A stretch of 28,819 bases of DNA from a virus (taxonomy: Duplodnaviria; Heunggongvirae; Uroviricota; Caudoviricetes), in IMG/VR virus record IMGVR_UViG_2541047926_000006. One strand, given 5' to 3'. Below the pieces are notes generated by a model. It was given only the letters and a program-made list of their open reading frames with translations. It was not told the origin of the DNA and did not search any database. Of this stretch, positions 9,847 through 18,148 are shown in pieces; positions within the stretch are counted from its first letter, which is position 1, and the number at the start of each line of letters is the position of its first letter. Made by a program: the position numbers and the translations under genes.

Positions 9847-10209
9847 CATTATTACCTTTTGAAGAAGTTAGCCCTTGGGCAGAATGGTCCGAAAAAAAAT
9901 ATCAGAGAGAAAAACCAACAAGGAAATCTCAAGAGGTACAAAGAATAAAATTATAACAATGACTGCTTCAGATAATTTTGTAACAAACCAGAACACCATT
10001 AACGCATGATTAACCAACCATAGCAAGGATTACTTTTGTAAAGAAAAACACACGAATGAAACAATAGCTTTATTTATTAATAAAACGTGTCATTCTGTCT
10101 AATGACCTTTTATCTTACCCTTAAGATTTCAAGGATTTTGACTCATGGAAGAGTCCTTTTTATTTAAATTTCACATTCAGCGCTAAAAATAATCCGATTT
10201 AATATTAAT

Positions 10210-11237
<1,028 letters not shown>

Positions 11238-11350
11238 GGATATTTATCAGGATTTATCGGCTTCAAATCCCCGGATATGTTAAATCTTACCTCACCAGTG
11301 ATGGGCACTGGCGGGAGGAGGATGTCAATCTGATAAACACAGAGGTGACT

Positions 11351-11611
11351 ATGGATTACACAAATCTACCAAAACAAACTTTTGCTGATTTAATCGCACT
11401 CAGGCAAGCAGTCGTAGCTCTAATCAACTTGTTGCCGGAGAAGGAAAAGGAATTAGTTAAAGCGCTTCTTAACAGAACTGCCGCCGATTTTTCATCATAT
11501 CCACTGACAGATGACCTTGCGGACCTTCCTGAATTAATTGCAGCGTCCGCCATTAAGCTTACTGAAGAGATTTACCCTCCTCAAAAATCTTCACAAAATT
11601 CCTGCGAGTAA
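11351..11611 (+). CDS. Hypothetical 86-aa protein, convergent with and overlapping the 3' end of the DUF1327-like gene
   Basis: ATG at 11351 preceded by AGAGG about 5 nt upstream. The product looks helical and protein-like. No family recognised, so it could be a spurious antisense ORF. Confidence 0.35.
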   Translation: MDYTNLPKQTFADLIALRQAVVALINLLPEKEKELVKALLNRTAADFSSYPLTDDLADLPELIAASAIKLTEEIYPPQKSSQNSCE

Positions 11612-12110
11612 CTTCAATGCAATAATCGTAAAACGCCGCAAACTGCTCATCGCGGCGTTTTTTTTCATCTTCAGAAGGAATCAGCACCGACAATTTTTTA
11701 TTCAGATCAGCGACGCTGCCCTCCAGTTTTTCAATGGGCGATTCAATATCATCTTTTTCTGACCGCAATGCCGTCGGTGGCGTCTTCAGAGAACCAGTAA
11801 TTCTTCCCGGTAGCTTTCCTTTGTAGGTTATCCACACATTCTGCGCCTCTAAAATTATGGGGCGCTTTTCCGGCGACTGCTCATCCCCTTCACATAACCC
11901 GGCAGCAACATCCAGGAAGACCTGTCTGATGCTCATTCTGGCTGCTGCCTCATAAAACTCCAGCGCGGCACCTTCAACACGGTCCAGCGAGATGTCCAGG
12001 TCAAAAATTTCACCGTCAAAGCGTTCTTTGTCCTGTAATGCTAAAGTTACCGTAACTTTATTCTCAAAATTGCGGATCCCTTTCACAATCAGTTCATAGT
12101 TTTGAGTCAT
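11559..12110 (-). CDS. ydfR: Uncharacterised protein inserted between pinholin and endolysin (ydfR position; DUF1327-like by recollection)
   Basis: 183-aa ORF between essQ and rrrQ on the same strand. Symbol assigned by position; I recall K-12 YdfR as shorter, so this may be a longer or intact form. Confidence 0.6.
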   Translation of the reverse strand: MTQNYELIVKGIRNFENKVTVTLALQDKERFDGEIFDLDISLDRVEGAALEFYEAAARMSIRQVFLDVAAGLCEGDEQSPEKRPIILEAQNVWITYKGKLPGRITGSLKTPPTALRSEKDDIESPIEKLEGSVADLNKKLSVLIPSEDEKKRRDEQFAAFYDYCIEVTRRNFVKIFEEGKSLQ

Positions 12111-12114
12111 TGAA

Positions 12115-12330
12115 TTACTCTCCTCTCGCAGCCTTACGCCTGTCTTCTTTAATCTTGAAATAAAGATTTGTCAGATACGTCAGCAGGCCAAAAACCAGGC
12201 TACCCAGCACACCGATTGCAGCCCACTGTGACGGAGTTACTTTATCGAGTAACTGCAATGCCCAGAAACCAGCATTACCCGCCGATGTGCCATAGGCAAC
12301 ACCTGTTGTTAACTTATCCATTGATTTCAT
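12115..12330 (-). CDS. essQ: Phage-21-type pinholin with dual start motif (MKSM...)
   Basis: 71 aa, [71 protein letters not shown], near-identical in pattern to S21 as I recall it. Start chosen at MKSM, not the 96-aa maximal ORF. Confidence 0.85.
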   Translation of the reverse strand: MKSMDKLTTGVAYGTSAGNAGFWALQLLDKVTPSQWAAIGVLGSLVFGLLTYLTNLYFKIKEDRRKAARGE

Positions 12331-12549
12331 ATCCTCACCCCGATGTACACGGATGGTGCAATATGTTTGAAAAGATCGGAGTCTACGGGGTAGTTTTGAC
12401 AGCACACGTTGTTCTCAACGGCGCTAAAAAAACATACACATTAAAAATGTGGGTAATTATTTTGAAAGAAAGTCATATATAAAATAATAATACGAGAAAT
12501 GTTTTCATATTTAGTGTACTGTATACGGCCATTTATACAGGAAAAGCCT

Positions 12550-12720
12550 ATGTCAGAACGTAAAAACTCAAAATCACGCCGTAATTATCTCGTTAAATGT
12601 TCCTGCCCAAACTGCACCCAAGAGTCAGAACACAGTTTTTCAAGAGTACAAAAAGGTGCCCTTTTGATCTGCCCTCATTGCAACAAAGTATTCCAGACAA
12701 ATCTTAAAGCTGTAGCCTGA
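12550..12720 (+). CDS. ynfU: Small zinc-ribbon protein YnfU
   Basis: 56-aa product MSERKNSKSRRNYLVKCSCPNCTQESEHSFSRVQKGALLICPHCNKVFQTNLKAVA with two CxxC pairs. AGGA Shine-Dalgarno. Confidence 0.7.
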   Translation: MSERKNSKSRRNYLVKCSCPNCTQESEHSFSRVQKGALLICPHCNKVFQTNLKAVA

Positions 12721-12780
12721 TTGATTTTATTAGTAACAAGTATTTTTTATATTTTAATAATATATTTAAAGCAGATAATA

Positions 12781-12803
12781 AAAAACCCGCCTGAGCGGGT
12801 TTG
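12781..12803. terminator. GC-rich hairpin flanked by an A-run and a short T-run (possible terminator, mainly in minus orientation)
   Basis: AAAAACCCGC CTGA GCGGGTTT. Confidence 0.45.
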
Positions 12804-13083
12804 AGATTGTGGTGCTTTTTGTGGGAGTCATCCACTTACGCACTTTGTTTTGCCATGCCAGCAGTTAGCTTCTGCTGTAAAACTATTCATGCAGCAAACC
12901 TGCACTTCACCACAATGGTTAGCATACTTTTCCTGATTAAGATTTTGCCAAATATGCTAGCCATTGTTTCATGTATTGGACCTCCTTACTTTTTATTAAA
13001 GAGATCCAATATTCACTACTCTGTCCGTATCTCTACTCAGGCATCAGCCTTCTTCGTTATCGTATACAGACGAGCGATGAATT

Positions 13084-13299
13084 TTAATCAGTAATGATGA
13101 CATTTGCTGCTGCAGGACCTTTAGCACCACTCTCTATAGAGAAGGTAACCTTTTGACCTTCAAATAAGGTTCGATAATTATCATTCTGAATCGCAGAAAA
13201 ATGCACAAACACATCTTTACTACCATCAACAGGAGAAATAAAGCCGAAACCTTTATCAGCGTTAAACCATTTTACTAAACCAGTCATTTTATTTGACAT
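13084..13299 (-). CDS. cspB: Cold-shock protein CspB (CspA family)
   Basis: 71 aa, [71 protein letters not shown]. Confidence 0.92.
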   Translation of the reverse strand: MSNKMTGLVKWFNADKGFGFISPVDGSKDVFVHFSAIQNDNYRTLFEGQKVTFSIESGAKGPAAANVIITD

Positions 13300-13599
13300 T
13301 CTACATTCCTTAACTTGAGCCTTTCGGCATAAATGGTTTGCATAACAGAAACGACTTCGTACTTAATTGGAGAGACTCAAAGAAGGAATAAGTGAATAAC
13401 ACCTGAAATGAGAACTGCTTTAGTAAACTACTTCGTATATCGTCTGTTCTTCAAACCGACGCAATCATTAACGCATAGTTGAACATATGAAGCAATGTTT
13501 ATTTTAGACATCCAGCCATCTTCAACCCCATCAAAAAACTATAGCTTTCTTCAGGAACGTGTGTATAGTGCGCCAAGTTATCAGTATTAAGGAATTTTT

Positions 13600-13812
13600 T
13601 TGTCCCGTAAAATGACAGGAATTGTCAAAACCTTTGACGGCAAAAGCGGCAAGGGTCTTATCACCCCATCCGATGGTCGTATCGATGTCCAGCTTCATGT
13701 TTCAGCGCTCAATCTCCGCGATGCAGAAGAAATTACCACCGGATTACGCGTGGAATTTTGCCGGATAAATGGTCTGCGTGGCCCTTCAGCTGCCAATGTT
13801 TACCTTTCATGA
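13600..13812 (+). CDS. cspF: Cold-shock-like protein CspF
   Basis: 70 aa, [70 protein letters not shown]. Divergent from cspB. Confidence 0.9.
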
Positions 13813-13866
13813 GCTATATTAAAGCTTTAATTTCAGGCCCCATCGGATCACACATGGAGAGTTTTT

Positions 13867-13956
13867 ATGAATAACCCCGTCTGTCTTGATGACTGGTTGA
13901 TTGGCTTTAAAAGCTTATGCTGTACTTTGGCCGTAATAGCTCTGCTAATAATATAA
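13867..13956 (+). CDS. Candidate 29-aa hydrophobic small protein downstream of cspF
   Basis: ATG at 13867 preceded by GGAGAG about 6 nt upstream. Product [32 protein letters not shown] stop. Below the ORF-track length cutoff; found by eye. Confidence 0.3.
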
Positions 13957-14104
13957 TAAGCAGACTCATTGTGTTTAGGGACATTGTACTGGAAGAAAAC
14001 ATTTTAAACATCAGGCAAATAACCAAGTCACCAGCTAAATAATAAGTTAACAGACATGAGTCCCGGGATGAGATTCAACATTACCATTGCCCCATTTAAA
14101 GCAC

Positions 14105-14140
14105 AAAACCCGCTCATCAGCGGGTTTTCTACTTTTTCTT
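14105..14140. terminator. Bidirectional rho-independent terminator between cspF and the Q-like gene
   Basis: AACCCGC TCATCA GCGGGTT stem-loop flanked by an A-rich run upstream and TTTTCTACTTTTTC downstream. Confidence 0.55.
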
Positions 14141-14233
14141 AACGTCGGGTATACAAAGCCCATCGTTGAAAAAATTTTATCCATATTTTTTGAAAAATGC
14201 AAACATCATGTCGCCATCTTCAGCAAAAATCAT

Positions 14234-14740
14234 TTATCTCGTCACCTTCCTCAATTGCGCTTCCGCGTATGCTTCTTCCTGCCAGCACTTTGTTACCAGT
14301 TTACCAATGACGTCCGCATACCCCTTATACCACTGATAATCGGTCAGGTCTGGTACCAGCTTCTGGACATGACGTCGTGCCAGCGTGGTCGGTAAACGAC
14401 TAAACCGGTTTCCATTACAACGCCCACAAATCTTATATACCGGTACGCCATGAAACCGGGTTCTTTTTTCATCCAGAACAATCCCTTTACCCTTACACCC
14501 TCTGCACGCTGTGCTGGCTTCGCCCTTACCATGGCAATGCTGACATAGTTCCTTCACCCATTCTTCCTTGATTACAGATTCCCCGCGTCTGTAGTGTTTC
14601 ACCACTTCGCGCAATACATTATAAAATCCCGTACCTGAACAATGCTCACAGCGAGCCTTACTTGCCGCAGACCTGGAGTAATCAGCAAAGGCAAAACTCA
14701 CGAGGTAAGGAATAATCTGTAACCGGATTTCTTCACTCAA
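14234..14740 (-). CDS. quuQ: Q-like late antiterminator, distal part, with four DnaJ-type CxxCxGxG zinc-finger repeats
   Basis: 168-aa ORF whose only in-frame start is TTG at 14738-14740. Motifs CEHCSGTG, CQHCHGKG, CRGCKGKG, CGRCNGNR. Lies upstream of the lysis cassette as a Q gene should. Confidence 0.7.
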   Translation of the reverse strand: MSEEIRLQIIPYLVSFAFADYSRSAASKARCEHCSGTGFYNVLREVVKHYRRGESVIKEEWVKELCQHCHGKGEASTACRGCKGKGIVLDEKRTRFHGVPVYKICGRCNGNRFSRLPTTLARRHVQKLVPDLTDYQWYKGYADVIGKLVTKCWQEEAYAEAQLRKVTR

Positions 14741-14985
14741 TTGTTCAATGTCGGGTTATCCAGTGCCATCGCGTAATTTAGCAGGCCTTCAATCGCAAAC
14801 TGAGGGTCCTGAACACCAACTTTTGCCAGAAATAAGGCCAACCCAAGTGGTGCTTTCGACTGCACCATCCCCTGCGCTGCCATTACATCCGTAATTGTTA
14901 AACAACCGGTGCCTGTCGCTGGAGCGTCATCGCTCAATTTTGGAGATTTTGGGGAGTAATATTTTGGTAAGGCTTCAAGGTTCAT
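14737..14985 (-). CDS. quuQ: Q-like antiterminator, proximal part (82 aa), 1 nt out of frame with the distal part
   Basis: ATG at 14985 with GGAG 7 nt upstream (MNLEALPKYY...). Its stop (14737-14739) overlaps the TTG of the next ORF. The 752-nt span plus one base would give a single 250-aa frame. Confidence 0.55.
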   Translation of the reverse strand: MNLEALPKYYSPKSPKLSDDAPATGTGCLTITDVMAAQGMVQSKAPLGLALFLAKVGVQDPQFAIEGLLNYAMALDNPTLNN

Positions 14986-14998
14986 GCTCGTTCTCCAC

Positions 14999-16048
14999 TT
15001 ACGCCAGTACGCCAATTGCCAGCGCGCGATCGATAAAACGAAATATCAGCTCCAGTTGGGAGCCATACTTATCTTCAAATGCCACTGTATCCGTATGCAG
15101 CTCGTTGTGATGCTTTCTGCACAAAGGCAACACAAAGAGATCATGTGCTTTTGTTCCCATTCCGCCCTGCCCGTGACCAATCAGATGATGCGGATCGTCG
15201 GCTGGCATACCGCAGCAAGCACACGGCTGTGTCTTAACCCAACGTGTGTATTTCTCCTTAACCCAGCGGCGACGTTTAGGCAGCTTCATGAAAGATTCCG
15301 GAGACTCTGGATCAACGGTGATGCTTACCACCGTCTTTTCCTGTGGTGATTTTTGTTGCTGGTGGGCGTAAGGCAACGGTGCAAGATTTTTTGTGCGTTG
15401 TTTCAATATGCTGGTGGCGGTCTGCTCTCCCGGTACGATGTCGCTTTCGCGGTACACCGAGCAGATTTTTTCCGCTGGTAATCCCAGCGAACGACGCGAT
15501 ACAGCCTCAGGTAGTGCATCCACCACCTGATTGCAGACCGCCCACCAGGATAATTCAGCCAAAGATAATTCCCGCTCCTGCGTACCGCTTATTGCGTGAC
15601 GGATGACGTCAATCACCCATGCTGTCAGATTTTGTTGAGCAAGCAGCTCCAGTGATTCCGATGTCTGGTCACGCAGTTGGTTGTCGCAGTGCCAGCACAA
15701 CACCATTGCGCCGGTACCATAACGGTGAATGACTGTTTCAGTGTGATGGTAATCGCCATTAGGCCGCTGGCAGGATGTAACATGACGTAATAGCCAGTCG
15801 GACAATGCGCCAACGCCGCCAGCAGCACGAATCACCCGTTCGTTACTAAAAAACGGCAGCAATGTTTTGTCTTCCGCCAGCGGCTGGCGAACGGCAGGAA
15901 CGACTCCGGATGGCAGATTACGCATGCTTTTTGGTTCCGGTTCCACCAGCACTCGAGGATTATGAAATATCTGTATGGATTCACGGCCCGGCTTAAGGAC
16001 CACCAGCCCAAGCTCAGGCACCAGAACAGGTCTAAGTAATACCCGCAC
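14999..16048 (-). CDS. ydfU: DUF968-type protein with a C-terminal Cys/His-rich putative HNH-like motif
   Basis: Start chosen at GTG 16046-16048, directly preceded by GGAGG, giving 349 aa. C-terminal CACCGMPADDPHHLIGHG...CRKHHNELH. The maximal ORF extends to 16087. Confidence 0.8.
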   Translation of the reverse strand: MRVLLRPVLVPELGLVVLKPGRESIQIFHNPRVLVEPEPKSMRNLPSGVVPAVRQPLAEDKTLLPFFSNERVIRAAGGVGALSDWLLRHVTSCQRPNGDYHHTETVIHRYGTGAMVLCWHCDNQLRDQTSESLELLAQQNLTAWVIDVIRHAISGTQERELSLAELSWWAVCNQVVDALPEAVSRRSLGLPAEKICSVYRESDIVPGEQTATSILKQRTKNLAPLPYAHQQQKSPQEKTVVSITVDPESPESFMKLPKRRRWVKEKYTRWVKTQPCACCGMPADDPHHLIGHGQGGMGTKAHDLFVLPLCRKHHNELHTDTVAFEDKYGSQLELIFRFIDRALAIGVLA

Positions 16049-16049
16049 G

Positions 16050-16328
16050 TTACCTCCAGATCCGTTGCTGGAAAGTGCGGGACGCACGTGGTGGGCGTTC
16101 GGAATAAGGCAGCCTGACAGAGATTATCCAGTGCCGATAGTCGAGACTGAGAGCTTTCTTAACCTCGAACCCGCGCCTGCGGTAAGAATGAATCAGCCAT
16201 TCGGCCTGTTCTGCAGTGCATGGAGGGTGCTGGAACCATTCAGACTTGAATGCGTGAGAATACCGCCCGTGCGTGCAGGCAAGAACGGGCGAATTATCAG
16301 AATTGTAATATTTTGCGTTGCGTGCCAT
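16050..16328 (-). CDS. Hypothetical 92-aa protein translationally coupled to ydfU
   Basis: Its stop TAA (16050-16052) lies 1 nt from the ydfU GTG start. No family recognised. Confidence 0.5.
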   Translation of the reverse strand: MARNAKYYNSDNSPVLACTHGRYSHAFKSEWFQHPPCTAEQAEWLIHSYRRRGFEVKKALSLDYRHWIISVRLPYSERPPRASRTFQQRIWR

Positions 16329-16394
16329 CGGTTTTCTCCGGTGGCACGGTGTTACTCAGCGGGAGTTCAGCCCCGCGCAAGATTGTAGATGAGT

Positions 16395-16646
16395 TTATTC
16401 TCCTGAAAAAGCAGAAAAGCCAGCTTTTATTCCGATCTCTTTCAATGCCTGTAATGAAGTGACAAACTCACCTTCGCGCAAGATAAATCCGTCCGTGACC
16501 CGAGCATCCACAAAATTAATTAACGCAGCCCCATTCTTTCGCAAACACATAATGCGGTAATGACTAACAAGATTTCCATTTTCAACGCACACAGCATAGA
16601 GGCCATCTTCACAAAAAATTTTACGCAGTTCTTCGATGTTCATCAT
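16395..16646 (-). CDS. rem: Small prophage protein (rem position)
   Basis: 83-aa ORF MMNIEELRKIFCEDGLYAVCVENG.... Symbol by position and length, from recollection of the K-12 gene order. Confidence 0.55.
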   Translation of the reverse strand: MMNIEELRKIFCEDGLYAVCVENGNLVSHYRIMCLRKNGAALINFVDARVTDGFILREGEFVTSLQALKEIGIKAGFSAFSGE

Positions 16647-16763
16647 CAGAATCCTTCCGGATAATTAGCTCTCCCCTTTAAGGGACCATCCCTCTTATCC
16701 CTGCGCGCTACTTAAGTATTTTTGATTCTATTCCGGCACCGTCCAGAACTTCAAACACGTTGA

Positions 16764-16794
16764 AAATAAAAACAAAAACCCGCCGAAGCGGGTT
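16764..16794 (-). terminator. Rho-independent terminator of the relB-relE-hokD operon
   Basis: Minus strand AACCCGC TTCG GCGGGTT followed by TTTTTGTTTTTATTT, about 70 nt after the hokD stop. Confidence 0.7.
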
Positions 16795-16862
16795 AAGTGC
16801 GGGTGCGTTGAGGATGCCTGCCACATCAGAGGTGGCGAGGGATTTCTCCCCCGCCGGGTCTC

Positions 16863-17018
16863 TTACTCCTCAGGTTCGTAAGCTGTGAAGACAGCGACCT
16901 CCGTCTGGCCGGTTCGGATTCGTACCTCGCAGAGGTCTTTCCTCGTTACCAGTGCCGTCACTATGACGGTTAAACAGATGACGATCAGGGCGATTAACAT
17001 CGCCTTTTGCTGCTTCAT
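16863..17018 (-). CDS. hokD: Hok-family type I membrane toxin (HokD/RelF)
   Basis: Translated by hand: MKQQKAMLIALIVICLTVIVTALVTRKDLCEVRIRTGQTEVAVFTAYEPEE (51 aa). Not in the ORF track because it is under the length cutoff. Confidence 0.92.
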   Translation of the reverse strand: MKQQKAMLIALIVICLTVIVTALVTRKDLCEVRIRTGQTEVAVFTAYEPEE

Positions 17019-17089
17019 AGCCTGCTTCTCCTGTCAACGCAAAGCAGAAGTGTCACCTTCGGTGCGAAACAGAGATGTCATGCTTTGGT

Positions 17090-17377
17090 TCAGAGAATGC
17101 GTTTGACCGCCTCGCTATATACTTCCGAGCGTTCTCTTTTCCCAACAGAAATCACGAAAACGACAACTTTCTCGTCTATAACCTGGTATACAAGGCGATA
17201 GCCTGAAGACCGGAGCTTAATCTTGTAACAATCAGGCATACCACGGAGCTTGTTTGCTTCAATCCGGGGTGACTCAAGTACTTCAACCAGCTTCTTTTTC
17301 AACTGTTCACGTACCGTCGAGCCCAGCTTTCGCCATTCCTTTAGTGCCCGCTCGTCAAAATCCAGAAAATACGCCAT
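17090..17377 (-). CDS. relE: RelE type II toxin (ribosome-dependent mRNA interferase)
   Basis: 95 aa, MAYFLDFDERALKEWRKLGSTVREQLKKKLVEVLESPRIEANKLRGMPDCYKIKLRSSGYRLVYQVIDEKVVVFVISVGKRERSEVYSEAVKRIL. Confidence 0.95.
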   Translation of the reverse strand: MAYFLDFDERALKEWRKLGSTVREQLKKKLVEVLESPRIEANKLRGMPDCYKIKLRSSGYRLVYQVIDEKVVVFVISVGKRERSEVYSEAVKRIL

Positions 17378-17616
17378 CAGAGTTCATCCAGCGTCACACG
17401 TACTGGCTTAGGATTACGAAGCCGTTCTTTCACTATCTCCACAAGTTCAGCATCTTCATCACTCAGGAGTGTCTGTTTGAACGGCAAGCGTTCATTGTCA
17501 GCGATATACTCGAGCATGAGACGAAGCGCTTCAGAAGGAGTTACACCCATTTTTTCAAGCGCGGCGTAAGAACGCGCTTTAAGTTCATCGTCAATACGCA
17601 GGTTAATGCTACCCAT
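17377..17616 (-). CDS. relB: RelB antitoxin
   Basis: 79 aa, MGSINLRIDDELKARSYAALEKMGVTPSEALRLMLEYIADNERLPFKQTLLSDEDAELVEIVKERLRNPKPVRVTLDEL. Stop overlaps the relE start. Confidence 0.95.
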   Translation of the reverse strand: MGSINLRIDDELKARSYAALEKMGVTPSEALRLMLEYIADNERLPFKQTLLSDEDAELVEIVKERLRNPKPVRVTLDEL

Positions 17617-17627
17617 GTCTTACACCT

Positions 17628-17653
17628 CTTGTAATTACAAATGTCATTACAAG
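17628..17653 (-). promoter_or_regulatory. relBE operator (relO): tandem 12-bp palindromic repeats upstream of relB
   Basis: CTTGTAATTACAA ATGTCATTACAAG; TTGTAATTACAA is a perfect palindrome. Located 12 to 37 nt upstream of the relB ATG. Confidence 0.7.
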
Positions 17654-17946
17654 TATCGCACTACAACATGCTTAGGGCAAGTCACGAAGGAAGTCAGAAA
17701 GTAGTCGTAAGAACGGTGATCACTGTCCGCTTTGTGCCAGGAGCAGCCATTGCTAAGTCCATCCTGTATTGTGCAGGTCAGCTCGTTTTTAAAGAGTCCG
17801 GCCATCATCTTACTGGTACAGACACCATATACTTTGTGACGGTCAGGCTACATATGCACAACTCAACTTATTCATCTATTTTTTGCTTTAGCATGTCAGT
17901 GTTGCTTTCTCGTCGGCGGGTGAGCGGTGACCTGACCTGTCGATAA
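17641..17946 (+). CDS. ydfV: Uncertain ORF divergent from relB (ydfV position)
   Basis: 101-aa ORF starting inside relO. Sequence is not convincingly protein-like; listed only because an ORF of this length is, as I recall, annotated here in K-12. Confidence 0.3.
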   Translation: MSLQVSHYNMLRASHEGSQKVVVRTVITVRFVPGAAIAKSILYCAGQLVFKESGHHLTGTDTIYFVTVRLHMHNSTYSSIFCFSMSVLLSRRRVSGDLTCR

Positions 17947-18097
17947 AGGAACGTAGCACGTTTTATGCAACACCCGCATGCGGCAGAAAATTATTGCCGA
18001 ACGTTTACCCCTGTCAACAAGCTTTACTTTCTGAGGCGCGCCAGCCCGCGAGGAAAACAATCTGAACATCAAACAATTAATGACACAAGAAATACGA

Positions 18098-18125
18098 TTA
18101 AAGATTTTTTTGTGCATGCCGATAG
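18098..18125 (+). promoter_or_regulatory. Sigma-28 (FliA) class 3 flagellar promoter for flxA
   Basis: TTAAAG, 15-nt spacer, GCCGATAG; fits the TAAA-N15-GCCGATAA consensus. About 25 nt upstream of the flxA ATG. Confidence 0.65.
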
Positions 18126-18148
18126 TGCTTTTTTAAAAGGAGAAATCT

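Noticed and set aside
12801-13094. 97-aa plus-strand ORF between the hairpin at 12781..12803 and cspB
   Set aside because: No ribosome-binding site and non-protein-like sequence; the region is more plausibly the cspB 3' UTR.
16395-16430. Shared MNIEEL N-terminus between rem and gnsB as a sign of duplication
   Set aside because: Similarity is limited to about 7 residues and the rest of the two proteins is unrelated by eye; too short to support homology without alignment statistics.
16885-17634. Plus-strand ORFs (73, 64 and 126 aa) antisense to hokD, relE and relB
   Set aside because: They overlap three well-established genes on the opposite strand and lack start signals. I also looked for a Sok-like antisense unit near hokD and could not support one from sequence.
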